DNA of 63,531 bases, the filler included, from Choristocarpus tenellus KU-1152 (Eukaryota > Protista > Phaeophyceae): assembly GCA_964200185.2 (NCBI GenBank). It is 12 parts of 12 records of this genome, joined end to end, with 100 filler letters (N's around TTAATTAATTAA, not from the genome) between each part and the next. Parts side by side here need not be neighbours in the genome. Positions count along the whole stretch, not along the records: positions 36,951 to 40,752 come from CAXNAD020017841.1; positions 40,853 to 44,503 come from CAXNAD020018735.1; positions 44,604 to 57,580 come from CAXNAD020001623.1; 9 more parts are not named here. One strand, written 5' to 3'. This document shows positions 38,647-52,200 of this stretch, piece by piece (position 1 is the first letter of the stretch; the number at the start of each line of letters is the position of its first letter). The translations under genes and the position numbers were made by a program. The notes below the pieces were generated by a model that was not told the DNA's origin, did no database searches, and saw nothing but the letters and a program-made list of their open reading frames with translations.

Positions 38647-39650
38647 CTGGTCGAGCTTGGCGATGTCTCTTGGGAGAAACCGCGGTTCCAGAGCCCTCTT
38701 CACATCCTCCAAAGAAGAGTCTACCACCTCGTAACCGTCAGGGAGGCAGTAGATACGACACGTCTCAAGGTTTATGAACACGTGATGGGCATGCTGCACG
38801 CTGTGGGTGAAAGCGTGTGTATTACGACCCCGGCCCTGGAAGTACTTGCCGCACACAAGGCAAGCGTACACGTTCTGGTTGGACAAGGAGATACTGCATA
38901 GCTGGAGTAGGTGCAGGTGCGGTGTCGGTGGGTAGAGTTAATACGGAAAGGGTTCAGGGAAACAGGGTCAACAAGTAGGTGGTGTTGCTGAGGTGAAGGC
39001 AAATCAACGGGCTAGATCAGTGCGGAGCTCGAGATTGCAGACCAAGATCGTGGGTCGATGTGCATCTGAGCCATTGCCCGGCCCAAGGCCTGTGGGATGC
39101 TTTTGGAAGTAGCTAGGACTCTGAAGAAACAACACACATGGCAGTCCACCAAAACATCAAGTAAATCTCTAGCCGGTGATATGCAACCCATGTTGACACT
39201 ACCAACACTGGGTTAAAAATAGTAGATGGAAAGGAGCGAAGACGCAGAAGCAGACGGTGCATACTGAAGGATGAATTGAATGAGTCATTGCAAGTAGAAA
39301 ACACCTTGCTGAAATCTTCATTGTGGCTAGTAGTTCCAACAATGGAAGCTATTGTCGATGGCGAAGCCTCCTAGCAAATTGCCCACCTTTTCAAAGTCGA
39401 AGTCCAGGACGTTGCGATTGATGGTATCCAGGTACGGGCATTTCCGCCTATCTCCAGCACCGCTTCCCACAGTTGATAATGGTTCATTCCCGGAGACCTC
39501 CGCAGTGGAAGCCACATCCATCTTCCCTGCCCCATCATCCGACTTTACAACACTCGCGGTTGCTGCTTCCTCTACAGCAGGTGGTCCTGAAGACTCTGAA
39601 GTTTTGCTTGCATCGGGCTGAGAAGAGATATCTTCATAATTCCGCTTCAT
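38647..39650 (-). CDS. USP39: U4/U6.U5 tri-snRNP-associated protein 2 (USP39/Sad1), first two exons 39650-39387 and 38901-38647; partial
   Basis: CPYLDTINRNVLDFDFEK|LCSISLSNQNVYACLVCGKYFQGRG...HHVFINLETCRIYCLPDGYEV (zf-UBP domain). Confidence 0.96.
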
Positions 39651-41292
39651 TGTTGAAGGTACGAACGAGGCAAAATCCTTGATGTGGATACCTCACCAGT
39701 ACTTGGCGGGTCAAGTCTAAACGTGGGCATACACCGAGAGCAGAACGGAGTCCAAACCTAAACCAAACCTGTACCCAACATTGGCTCGCATTATCGCGCA
39801 GAGGATGCGGTCGCACGAGGACAGGTGTTGATATTTCATAGATACGTCTTCTCAAGGAAACTTCTTTGAAGTTTCTAGTGTATATGTAACGTCTATGCAC
39901 GCTCACAATTATGTCTACGTACTCACATCAACAAAAAAACAATGATCAAAACATGATGACCCTAAAAGTCCTCGTTAAGCGGTATCGGACAACTAAGCCT
40001 ACCCCACCCAAATCATACCCTTAGACGCCTAGATACAAACACTGTGGTCACTAATACCTCCAGGAGGATCGATTTGGAGTAGGTAGGACCAGGTTCTATG
40101 TCTTCCCATAAGAAACTGTCGAGAAGTCGATCTGAAGGTCCCTCAATTCCGGTTGTTGGGGGAGGGACGGTGGACCCACCGAGGGGAAATTGGGAAGAGT
40201 AGATTGCCCTGAATGGAGATGAGCGCACCATCTAGTACATGTGGGACCAAACCGGGAACTTACCTCTTAAGATTGATCTCGAAGCTTGTGAGGAGAGCTA
40301 AGACAGAGTCCCACAAGTTTGTAGGCAGAGCCTGTGCCAACTTGAAGCTTTGAGAGAGAATGTCACGTCATCTAGCTCCCAAATTAGAATCCGAGTAAAA
40401 TAGAGTGCAAAGAAAGCTAGGAATAATGCAGATGGACGGGAGGAGGAGAAGATAGCCCCTCGCAAGCAGCAACGGGGAGCTGACCTTGGCATGGAGGATC
40501 CTATCGGACTCGCGATTCCTGGAGGGGATTCGGGTGGGAGGGAAGGGTTGGCTTGGGACTGTCTGTCGAAATAACTAGTGTTATCATTATGTTGTATGTG
40601 CTGATACAAGCATATAACACAGTACGGCAGTTTCATGTACGTTTTATCTTTAGTTCGGTAAAATACAGAGTAGTAACGTACTACGTAGTACATAGTGGTA
40701 GGATGAGTCAGTCTTTGGCCCAAAATCAGGAAAAGTGCATTTACATTATCCANNNNNNNNNNNNNNNNNNNNNNNNNNNNNNNNNNNNNNNNNNNNTTAA
40801 TTAATTAANNNNNNNNNNNNNNNNNNNNNNNNNNNNNNNNNNNNNNNNNNNNCAAAAATCGCGACATGAAAAAATTGACCCCAAATGGACAGCCGCCACC
40901 CCCTCCCAGATACTTTGAGCCATGCCAGTCAAGTAAAAAATAACAATCAAAACGTGATATACAACTGATAACTTGCGTGAGAAAGAAGAAGTAACACGAG
41001 GAAGAAAGAAGGAGCCAAGCTTAAATCCATATCTAAGGTAACTGTCATACATAGTATGCCTGTATGAGTGATAGTTAGCGATTGTTCCTATACTTCCTAT
41101 GTACTGTGATCTTCCGAGTAAGTTGTGATGATAAGCTAATGAGCTAATGAGCTAATGAAGTAAATGGGAAGAGCGAACCATTGCAATGGACACATCAACA
41201 TTCAGTATGGACTGACGATGCTGTATCGTATCAAACCAAATCGAATGAGTAGCCTATGTTTAAACAGAAATCCTGTCAAGGCTAAGTCCTAA

Positions 41293-41470
41293 TTAAAGAT
41301 AAAGCCAACAGCCGATGGGACCATTGAACAGTTCAAGGCCAGGTTGGTGGTACAGGGCTTCACTCAACAAGAGGGTGTGGAATACTTCAACACGTTCAGC
41401 CCAGTGGATTGTATAATCAGGACAGTGCTGATGACAGCAACAGCTCTGTAAGAGAACTAGATCACACTGA
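41293..41470 (+). mobile_element. Ty1/copia reverse-transcriptase fragment
   Basis: [37 protein letters not shown]. Confidence 0.85.
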
Positions 41471-42050
41471 TTCATCACCACGCAGGTGGCACTAGAAGGG
41501 ACTACAACATGTAATGCATTATGTTACAGCCTCCACCGATGTGATGATACATTATCCCACTAAAGGAGAGAGAGAGACAACAAAGAGCTCCTAGGGTATG
41601 GGGACTTGGATGTTAATCTATCGTCCAAATCATCAAAAAGAAAATAGGTCATAAACCCAGGGAGATTGCTTGATGTTAATAGAGTTATTGATTAACCTTA
41701 ATTGGGGCATGCAGCACCCCATAAATCAGAAATATTTTCTTTTATATGAGAAATGTTATCATATTACTAAACACTATTATAGGGTTCTGATCAAACTTAA
41801 TCACTAATGATTGTTCTCTCACTCCAAATACATTTTACCATAACTGTCCGAAAGAGTCTAATCGAAACCCTCCCTAGCCCAAACAACTCTTGAGAACTGA
41901 CAAGGTACAACTATGGATCCTAGGAGACTCCTCAAAGTCAATCCTGTATGACAAGAGCACAACCAGCTATTAAACTCATTGAAAAAAGAAATCCAACCAA
42001 AACACAGACTCAAATTCAGCAAGAAACAAACCAATAAACATAGTCTAAAT

Positions 42051-44503
42051 TCAGCAAAGCCCATACCTCCGAAAAGATTCTTCTGCTAGAGGCTTGGTCA
42101 ACACATCTGCATGCTGCTCATTTGAGTTAACGTAAACATTCCTTATTTGTCCATTGGCTACCAAGTCGCTTAGGAAATGATGTCGCACATCTATGTGCTT
42201 AGTCCTGCCAGAACTCAAAGGGTTGTTAGCCAAATGGATGGCTCCTGTGTTGTCCTCATACACTACATAACACGACCCAGTCCTATCAGGTTGCAAGAAC
42301 TCCAACACACCTCGCAGAAATAACAACTCCTTCATGCAGTCCCCCATGGCTATGTACTCCGCCTTTGCAGTCGACTGTGCTATGAGGCGTACACACGTTG
42401 GGTCCTAGAAAGCCAATCAACTGCTGCTCCCCCACGTATCACTGCCCCCCCCTGATAGAGAACATCTGTCAAAAGTCTCATCGACAAAATCCGCATCAGC
42501 GTAGGTCATCAAGTTCAATCCTGTGCCTTTCTGGTAGGTTAGGCCCAACTCTTGCGTCCCTTTGAGGTACTTGAGGGTCTGGGTCACAGCTCTCCAATGT
42601 ACTTGGCTCAGATTATGCAAATGAGAGGCAACTGCTCTTACTGCATTAGCCATATCTGGCCTGGTCATGTTGCTGACCCAAATCAACCTCTCAGCCGCCT
42701 CTTGGAAGGGACAATCGGTATTGTCCCCCCTCCTAATTCCAAGCTTTCTGGGAGGGTCTGCAGAGATGGGGGTGGTTGATTGGATGGAAAAACGTTCACA
42801 CAAACAGTCAATGTAGTTAGTCTGGGTAATGGAGAGGGTACCACGCTTCCAATCTCTTGTGTTAGTGCAACTAGAAAACTGAGACAATAAGCCAAGGTTT
42901 TTGGTGGGGAAATCTTCATTCAGGGAGGCACAAGGATGATTGCAATCGTCATCAGACGCCAAAACCATCATATCATCTACATGAAGGACAAGCATCATCT
43001 TGACAACACCATCCCTCCTGAGTCTAAATATACACGGAGTCAAAGTATTTTAGAGGGTGGAACTGCGTTTCATTTGCGGGTCAAAATTCAGCGTTGCGAT
43101 TTTGATGTCATTTCGGCTATACATGTTTGTTTAGGAGATGTCAATGTCCTTGTTCCGGACACACCTTTTCATAACATAAACACATTACCTACTTCGAAAC
43201 ATTTTGGAGTTGGTAACATGTCATTAAAAGCCCGCGGGAGGTCAAGCCCCAAATGGGCAAACAGGGGAAAACTCGTACCCTCTAAGATACTTTCACTCAC
43301 GAGTCAATCAGACACTGCTCAAAACTATTGTGGTTAAGGGTGGAAACCAGCTTGGTATTCCAAGTCCTAGAGGCTAGCTTTAAACCATACTGGGACCTGT
43401 GAAGGCGTACAGTCGTATAGGAGAGATCTCCACATCCCTGTCGGAGGCGCATGTACACTTCCTCATCCAAGTCAGATTGAACAATGCCTGCTCCACATCT
43501 AGGTGCCACAATCTCAAGTCCAACTCATATGCCATACTGGTCATCATCCCAACTGATGAGGGGGAAGGGGTGAGAGCAGAGGTCTCGAAATAATCAAGAC
43601 CATACTCCTGACCAAAACCCTGAGCAACTAGCCTAGCCTTAGCCCCATTAAACATCCCAAAAGGGTCACTCTTTCACTTGAACACCCATTTCGAGCAAAT
43701 GCCCTTTACGACCTAGAGGTACATCTGTAACACTGAAGGTATCTGTGTCCAACAAACCATCGAACGTCTTAGACATGGCCTCTTTCCGTACCGGCCAGTA
43801 TTCAGACTTTTGAGCCTCAGCATAAGATTGGGGGGCTGCTCCCAACTCAGAAACAAGACGACCGTGCAGGGGGGTACTCATCAACACAGACTTAGGCGCG
43901 GGCTGTACAGCCAAGGCATTAGCAACACGTTTCCTCTCTACACTTGCAATAAGAGACATCACATTACCAGCACCTGCACTCCCTTCAGCTCTGGCACGAG
44001 TTTCCTTCCTAGTCCCACCTAACTCAACGCAAGGTTCACGGACTGGATTGGGAAGAAAGTCTTCCAGCTGGTGAGCTGTGGTACAGGCGGCCGATGGGTC
44101 AGTATCTTCCTGGGGCAAGTGCTGTGAACTCAAGGATGAGTCATATCCTACACTCCCTTCAACATCTCGGGTAGTGTCTCTGGACAGACTCATATCAACC
44201 TGACCTCCCTCCCCATCACCAGTAGAAGGACCAACAAGCAGATCCTTGACAATCTAACCTACCCTCCCTTCACCAGGGGGAGGATCACTAGTCAAATCGT
44301 TTCCTTTGTTCTCAAAGGATGGCCTCTCACCAAGAACAAACATATCCTCACTTCCATCGCTACAGGAAGAGTTGTCAGATAGGAATGGAGTGGAGGGGCG
44401 AGATGAACAAATATGCTGTGCATCTAATGGTGAGCTACCTGCTTTGGGATGGGGGAGACCCTCAGAACGAGGGTCTGCATCAAGCTCCCCCCCTTTCGCA
44501 AAG
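42051..44503 (-). mobile_element. Degenerate Ty1/copia pol (RT + RNase H) with frameshifts and a MITE insertion
   Basis: KARLVAQGFGQEYGLDYFET, GLKLASRTWN, VLHVDDM, TRPDMANAV, YADAD, EDNTGAIHLANNPLSSGRTKHIDVRHHF. Confidence 0.95.
43037..43298. mobile_element. MITE family A copy (262 bp) inside the copia RT, ACG duplication
   Basis: ACG|GAGTCAAAGTATTTTAGAGGGT...ACCCTCTAAGATACTTTCACTC|ACG. Confidence 0.95.
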
Positions 44504-44778
44504 NNNNNNNNNNNNNNNNNNNNNNNNNNNNNNNNNNNNNNNNNNNNTTAATTAATTAANNNNNNNNNNNNNNNNNNNNNNNNNNNNNNNNNNNNNNNNN
44601 NNNACAACCCCCCCCCCCCAGATACTTTGGATAGAGTTTGTGTTCTGAGAACTTGGGTTCAGTGAACCACGCCGTCACATAATCACCCTATTCATATTCG
44701 CGAGGAAACCGAAATAATGAACCATGCAAAGCCAGTTCAATTCTGAGCTTATCTATTTTCTGAATTCCATATTCAAGC

Positions 44779-44811
44779 TCTAACCCTAACCCTAACCCTA
44801 ACCCTAACCCT
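44779..44811. repeat. Interstitial telomere-type (CCCTAA)n, about 5 units
   Basis: CTAACCCTAACCCTAACCCTAACCCTAACCCTA; many shorter arrays elsewhere in the window. Confidence 0.9.
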
Positions 44812-45347
44812 ATGCTGTATAGTTTACAAATATAATATTTGAGGTACCTTGTGAAACAGGTGGAAACCGAGAGACGATTCCTGAGAGTGAAGGGGAGGGG
44901 GAAGACCTACAGGAGGAACGTATGGAAGAGAGACAAGGTAAGAGGGTAAGCAACCCTAAGAAGGTCGCTCAGGAAAGGAGTGAACAAGGAGAGTGAATGA
45001 GGGGTGTGTGTAAGCTCAAAAACATCCAATATTGATGTAATCAAGAAGGAACAATGTTGTATGAGGAAATCAGACTCTTGAAGGACAATTTAAAGGTATA
45101 CCTTGGTTATAAGGTGGTTATCACAACTTTGTAAATAAAAATGTTTACAAGACAAACGTAACAACTTCGCTTTTTTCACTCATCATCAAATGTGATCCAC
45201 CAATCAGCAATGACAAATTCAGCTACTTACAACACTACTAGATGCTCCATAATCTCCCGCTCTATTATTCACAAGACACAAACTGTTCTCCTTAAGAAAA
45301 TATGAGATCCAACAATTAATACAATATTTATATTTTATTATTATGCA

Positions 45348-45540
45348 CTCTGACATTTTGCAGATGTGTCAGGGGGAAACCAAGGAAAACTATACATACT
45401 GTCAGTATAAGCCGTAAAGAAATATAATGTCATAAATGTGAAAAACCCTAATCTATTTGTTACTTCACCACTATCTATGTTGTGCTACTGCCCTCCTGTA
45501 TCTCCAATCTACCTATATACCTGTGCCCTGGGAGGAGCTC
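45348..45540. repeat. Dispersed repeat family D; other copies at ~31739, ~45667 and ~56680-56842
   Basis: CTCTGACATTTTGSAGATGTSTCAGGGGRAAAC..AACTATTCACATGTCAG-like core. Confidence 0.65.
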
Positions 45541-46249
45541 AATAATAATACATAAACATAAAATATCGAGAACCTGATTGTCGTTCCACAACGACAAAAA
45601 GATATCGCGAACGTACTGTGGAGGGGTAAAAACATGTGATGTCACATATATTTTTATTATTATGCCCTCTCACATTTTCCAGATGTATCACATGGAAACG
45701 AATGAAAACTATTCACATGTCGATATATCACACAAATCATTACACAAATTAATTTTCTTACCTTCTCCTCTTCTACTTGTTTTTTTCTCTTTGTGGTCAT
45801 TTTTCTCAACCACTATACTACTACTCTACTACGTATTTTTCCTTCATACAACAAACTTAGGATTAAAAAATAATAAAATTGGTACCCCTAGCTTTTTTAT
45901 TGTTCGAAAGGTAGAGTATGACTTTTTTTATGATAACAGATATTCCTAAAACCACAATATGAAGTCATATTTTTCTCCAATAAAAACTGATAGGAAGAAT
46001 TTGGATTAATGTGCAACCACAATCTATAATGTTTCTTTTCTCCGTCATGATCTCATAGATCCGTTTTGTATCAGAGTTACTCCATCGATCTTAGTATCTG
46101 ACACCCCACCTTACAAAGGCAGAGGTCATACTTGATCATCTTCGTCGTCGTCCAACAAATGTACCAACAGTAACTCCCTTCACAGTGTTTCCATCTCCTG
46201 CTAAATACCAACAGTACGCAGCCACCGACGACTCTCAACCTCAAGGGAT

Positions 46250-49200
46250 ATGTTTCGTCTCTTGGGGGCTGCGGCGTTCGCAGCATATTTATCAACTGTC
46301 CGTGGTCAAGTCTCATATGACTTGCAGCCTTGCATCCTCTCACCTGGCGAGTTGGTAAGGAAGAGAACAGCATTTTCTGCTTTTGCAAGTATGGTAAAGC
46401 TGCCATTGGGCCAGTATGATTTCGGCCATACCTCTGTTCACGATCCTCTGAATGTCTTGTCGATGCAACTGCTGTGGTACGAATATGTTTAGTCTAGGAT
46501 AACACAAAACCTCAACTTACCTTGCATCTTGTCTGTTCGTTTCGCGACTTTGCAATCTCTCTGAATCTCGACGGACATCCTCAATGGACTATTATCAGAT
46601 CCGTGATCAGTGGACTGTGTCGGCACCCTATCTAATCTCTGAGTGGTACAAAGGCTTTTGGTCAGCATCACAGGTGGGGGGTGTACCTTCTTCCCCCTGT
46701 TCGGTATTGCTTTGCTGGGATTTAGTCTTTGAAATGCGGTCGAGTCAAAGTATCTTAGAGGGTAGGGCCACGTCCATTCGGGGGCCATGTAATTTTATCC
46801 GTCGTATTTGTTAGGAAGTGTCAGTATCCTTGTTCCGGACACACCATTTCATAACATACACATATTACCTACTCCGAATCATTTCGGAGTAGGACAAATA
46901 TCACAAAAACCCCATGGGAAGCCAAGCCCCAAATGGACAAACAGGGCAAAACTCGTACCCTCTAAGATACTTTCACTCGGTCCTCACTTTGAAGTCCTGC
47001 CTCGATTTTTGACCCCTTCTGTTATTTAAAGAACGTGATCATTGGGCCTTCCAGCACCTTGGGCTTGGTGAACACGGATGGATCGGGGAAATGCAATGTG
47101 ATCTACGTGGGTATCGATCTCACGGATGTTCAAAAGGCTGAAGTTCAGGATTACTCGAGGACATTCAAGGTTTGGAGGGAATGTACACCGTTTTTCGGAT
47201 GTTCGAGAGGGTTCGAGATCCTTGGCTAGACAGTGTTTTCACTGTAGTATTCGATGGCAATTCAATGTTTTTTAGACGCTTGTGTCGAATGAAAGGCTGG
47301 TGGGATTTACACAGATATTCGTTTGTGGTGTCAAGGGTCAAAGTATCTGGGGGACGGGGGTGTTGGCGTCCGTTTTTCACACTTCATTCGATTTTCACTT
47401 TTTTTGGTGTGATTTGGTCGCACATGTCAGATTTGAAATGTCAGCAAAAAAAAGAGTTGATCGAAACGGACGCCCCCTCACAAACCACCCCCTCCCCCAG
47501 ATACTTTGACCCTCAACATACTACGCAGAATTTGCAATAACATGTGTCATCTTCAATACAACTGATTTCTCCATTCCCACGACGCACAACCTCCGTTTTT
47601 TCATCAGTTTGCACTCACTTGATCCATCCCCGAATTTTGTACGGGGTCTCTGTCACTACCGATATTGATTAAATAGTCAGTAGTCGAGTCTTTTTTCTAT
47701 TCCCATATATGATTGCTGGACTATCCTCCATTCACAGACAAGGATTGTCTACCTTGAAGCTGCAAATACCGCCAACGATTTGGAAGTTCAGGCAAGACTC
47801 AAGGTTGTAACCCCAGCCTTTCTTCCAGCTCCTGAAGGGCTCAAGTTAACATGTGAGATGCGAGTCTGAAAGTCGAGTATCACGAGAGAATCAAAGTAGT
47901 AATTAGTACCTTTGAAATGCACATTTATACATGCAATGGTTTGAACTAATGCTTTGAACAAAAAAATTGAAGTAGAGGAAGGGTAATGAGAAGTGATATA
48001 CAAGGTGATTTTTATATCTTTGAGAGGAGTGCTCCTTCATTTGAGCAGTTTTAACATTCAGAAAAGGGCAGAACATCTATGTACCAACATCTTCAGTTGG
48101 TGGTTGATGCAATGGCTTCATTACTACTTCTGTCAATTTTGTAATACACTGAATCTTCCAGATGGCCACCACTCTTGTCCAATGTTGACTTGACTGAGTC
48201 TGTTGTGGTATGCAAGTGCTAAAGGGATGGTGTGCTTGCTAGCCAAAGTTGAATTTTGAAAATCAATCTTCCACTCAACAGGAGTTTTATTTGTTGTTTC
48301 CTTCTGAACGCTACTCAAAATATACCCACAGCTGCTGGTGCAGCAGCTTCAAGGGTATCACCTGAGGACATGCAGACCAATCCAACACTCAACAATATCT
48401 ACGTGAGATCAGTTGTTCAGCAAGGTGCAACAGAAGGTGGAGTGGCCACCATTATTGCAGCGTAAGTGTAAAGAGATTGTCAAGCATTACAGATTTCCAA
48501 ATTCTCAGCACCAGGGGGTAGATTATACACTTCTCATGCCCATTTAACTGCTTCATATCAATTAATCACCACCCTGCATTTCGTTCCATTCTTGAACAGA
48601 GTGATAGAAGCAACCAAGTGTTTCAGATCTGCACTTTCACATCTGTACTGTTTGCAATTTTTTATTTGGGGTTAAAACATCTGATTAGTGTGTCATTATA
48701 GACGCTGTCCTTAACAATAATTGGTTTAACTGCTCGTGTATACTTCAGTTGTATGCACACACTGATTGATATAAACAGCTCCAACCATAAATTTTCTTTG
48801 CTGTGCAGTATCATCTGTCAATAACTGTGACAATAGATGGATACATGTACTACCGTTTTTAAAGTTAATAGAAAGCCGGTGGAATCAAACGGCCATAGGT
48901 TACTCACCAGTGCATACACGTATTGTTTTCTTAGGCATGCAGATGGTGAGGGAAACGAACTTACTTACAACGTTGATGGAGTAAACTATCCATTGGTTTC
49001 AGCTGTAGAATGGATTGGTGAAGATGGTCTGGAGGAGTTGCACCTTTGGTTTGCCATGGGGTGGTTTGATATGGGCTCATGGGGTTGGGGCAACTACATC
49101 ACCGACTGGGGCACCAAGGGGATATTCCAGGTAAAGTACATGTGCCAATCTTGTATTTCAGACAGCTTGGACCTGAGCTATGCTGAGGAAATACAAAGGA

Positions 49201-52200
49201 AGAGGTATCTGACTCCCCATTCTCATCAAGTCTCTCCCTTGTCCCTTGATGTGGTTAATATAACATCATTGGTGATGTCTTATGCAGGGTGAGAGGCGCT
49301 ACTACCTAGGCCCTGTGGTGGATGACTTGCTTTTGGGGACAAATGTCTTCATCTATGATGGGGCGGAGAATGAGGGTCCGGTACGTGGTGATACAGTTGT
49401 ATTTGTTAATCCGGAGTATACAGCAGTAGTAGGTTTTGCACACTAGAGAAAGCATTAGCAAAATACCCCCTTCTGTGTTGTGCAATCCCCAAGTTCGACT
49501 TTATGTCTTTGTTTTCTGTGCCTGATCACTCCTTCTGAACGTAATGCTGGTATGTCCTTGCTCTTGGTCAAGACTTCTGCTCAAAATTGTCTATCCAGTT
49601 GCTAACCTGTTGCTGCATCAAATGTTCTTGACAGCTTTTCCGAATGTCGGGACAAGATCTGGTCGACTTCGGCGCTTCTTTGGACTCTATTAATGCAAAG
49701 TACGGCTCCGAGGTTATTGTAGACTTTGCATACAATGGCAACGGTATCCTGGAAAAGGTGTGCTGGCTTCATCTTGAGTCAATTTGTCAGCTCTTAAAAG
49801 GAAACATCCTTGGTTTTCACCCGTTTTTTCAATTCCTCTGTATGTTTCATGACAAACTATAATTGCTGATCTACCCTCACCCTCACCACCACTTGCAGGT
49901 TAATTCTGCATTCACATTATCATTTGATGATGCGGATGCTGCACTGCTGCCTAAGGGTCAAAAGATTTCAGGCAATGGTAAGATGCCAAACACATTTCCG
50001 ACCAAAGTATTCAAATATAATATTGGTATCCAATTCATCAGGTACCATACACTGGGCTGATGCTGGAGTAGAAGGTTTGAAAATGGCGCTCACACCATAC
50101 AACGTTGTCGTTGATGTCTCAAGTATAATCTTGATTGCATGATCAAGACTTCAGCGAAAAATGTGCTCTCTGTGCTCTCTTTGTGCTCTCTACAACTTAA
50201 TCATGCTTCCCTTCTATCGTCCAATTGGAATTGGTTTTCCCTTGTAGGAATCGCTCCTCTCCACGATCCAGAATGGCTTTCAACTGGTATTACTGGAATG
50301 GCTACTGAATTCCTCACCAATTTGTGGCAAAGCGATGACCTTCTTGCATCAGTGCTTTCGGATGCCATGAAGACAAAGTTCCACTGGCAGTCTCATACAA
50401 TGAGTCATCTTGCCAGAGACAACCTTGGTATTTCAGACTGTACCATTGAGGATCAGGGTGAGCAAACAATGTAAAACTCAGGACCACTGTCCTACTCAGG
50501 CTACTCTTTGCATATGCCCTCTTGGTGGCTGGATTTTCTGTATCAAGCAGGTACAGTTGAGTGTATATCCTGTTCATATCAGGAGTATGGCATTCCAGCA
50601 TTCCCCACTGTTGCCTCCCTCTTCTATGCTTGTCTTGAGGCCAAATGCAGTTGTGTATCTGTGGTATCCTAAACACCTCTCACATCTTATTTACCCCCAT
50701 TCCAGCAAACATTGAAATTGCAAAGCTCACGGGCTTCTACTATGGAAACGAGAACTTCAACTGGTACTCCATGACCTCTCCGGGCATCACTGGTCTGTTC
50801 AACGAGTTCTGCCTGTCGTGAGTGAACTGGTCCTCAATCATTTCCCTGGACTGCGGTTGGTGTATCTACTTTTATATCACCTTTTGATCGATCCACACAT
50901 ACAGGATTAATAATGCAGAAATTATCTTTATGTCCTCAAAGTCTCTACCTTCATAGTTTGCCAATGCTTTTTGTTGGATTGCTTTTTGTGTGCACAGTAC
51001 AATGATCTTCAAAAATTTGGAAGTGTCCTCCCTCGCTCAGACCATCTCTTGCAACCTCTCCTCAGGAGTGGTGCAGATCAGCTTATGATATGCTACCCTG
51101 GGGACAACACCTACGTTGGTGAAGGAACTGTCTCCCTTGTTGCTGATAACAAGTTCCATCCCCTGACCACTACAGTGGCTACCAATGGCAAGTATACCCC
51201 CCAAAGAGTTATGTTTGATTTCCGTTTTTGATTTGATGCACACAGCTTCAACAGGTAGAGTTGATGCACAATTGGAATGTTTGTACTTTAGAAATAGACA
51301 GGCGTATCCTTGCTGAACAATAATGCTTTCAAATGATCAATTCCTAGTACTCAATCAGAATGTCATTTTGTTGCATCTCGGAGTGTGGGTTGGGTTTCTG
51401 GTTGGACAATAGCTGCTACTTGATGGAACAACATTGAGCGATTCTGCACCTTTTCCTTAACCTGTAGACTGAAGCATATGAGTCTATGCTCCCTGCCCCC
51501 CTCCGCTCGTCTCTCCTATTTCTCTGTGTTTGGGGTTTTCAGGTTACAATGGCGCTACAATCGTGCCACGGTTTGCCACCTTTGTCTACTATAACTGTGT
51601 GACACCTGACGTAAGTCCTATATCAACAAGTGATGCCGTGTACCACATCTTGCTCATGTATCTCAAATAGGAGTCAACTTATGACTGTAAGCTGGGCATG
51701 AGTCAAGGCTTGCTTGATGGGTGCGCAACTGTAGGATTCAGGCATTTTGCGGTAGCTATATATCATTCACAGTTCTACAGTGCAGAGGACTGCACTTGGA
51801 AAGTATCTTTATCCTAAAATGAAATTATCACTTTGATCTATTACTGCTCAGCAGTTTGTTGCATCTCTTAACAGTCGGTTGACCTGCTGCTGTTTTGAAT
51901 GAAAACAGTGCCTTGTCCAAGAGAATGAGTACATCAGGCGGATTGTCTGTGGTTGTGCTGAATTGGATCCTTCTCTCAGCACTGGGGTAAGTCTGTAACC
52001 TTGCAGAAAGGGGGTTACTTCTTGCCTTCAGTCGGTTACAGTTCGGAGTTGGTCTAAGCAAATCACGGTGCCAAGCAGTATACTGCACATTTATCAGGAG
52101 AAATTAATGTGTATCCTATTGTAACATATAAAACCACCTCACCTTTCCGTTTCTCTAGGAATGTCCACTGTGCAATGGTGACATCCAGTCCTTCGGCAGT

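Noticed and set aside
40714-40921. Family B halves colinear across a linker (similarly 36737/36951), suggesting true scaffold joins
   Set aside because: Contigs often break inside this abundant element, so chance juxtaposition is plausible; this cannot be confirmed without reads
42936-43337. Similar short ORFs recurring at 23343, 42936, 46808 and 52155 as a protein family
   Set aside because: They are chance translations of the non-coding family A MITE, in inconsistent frames
46742-47512. MITEs as introner (intron-generating) elements
   Set aside because: They sit inside pre-existing introns and their ends do not coincide with splice sites
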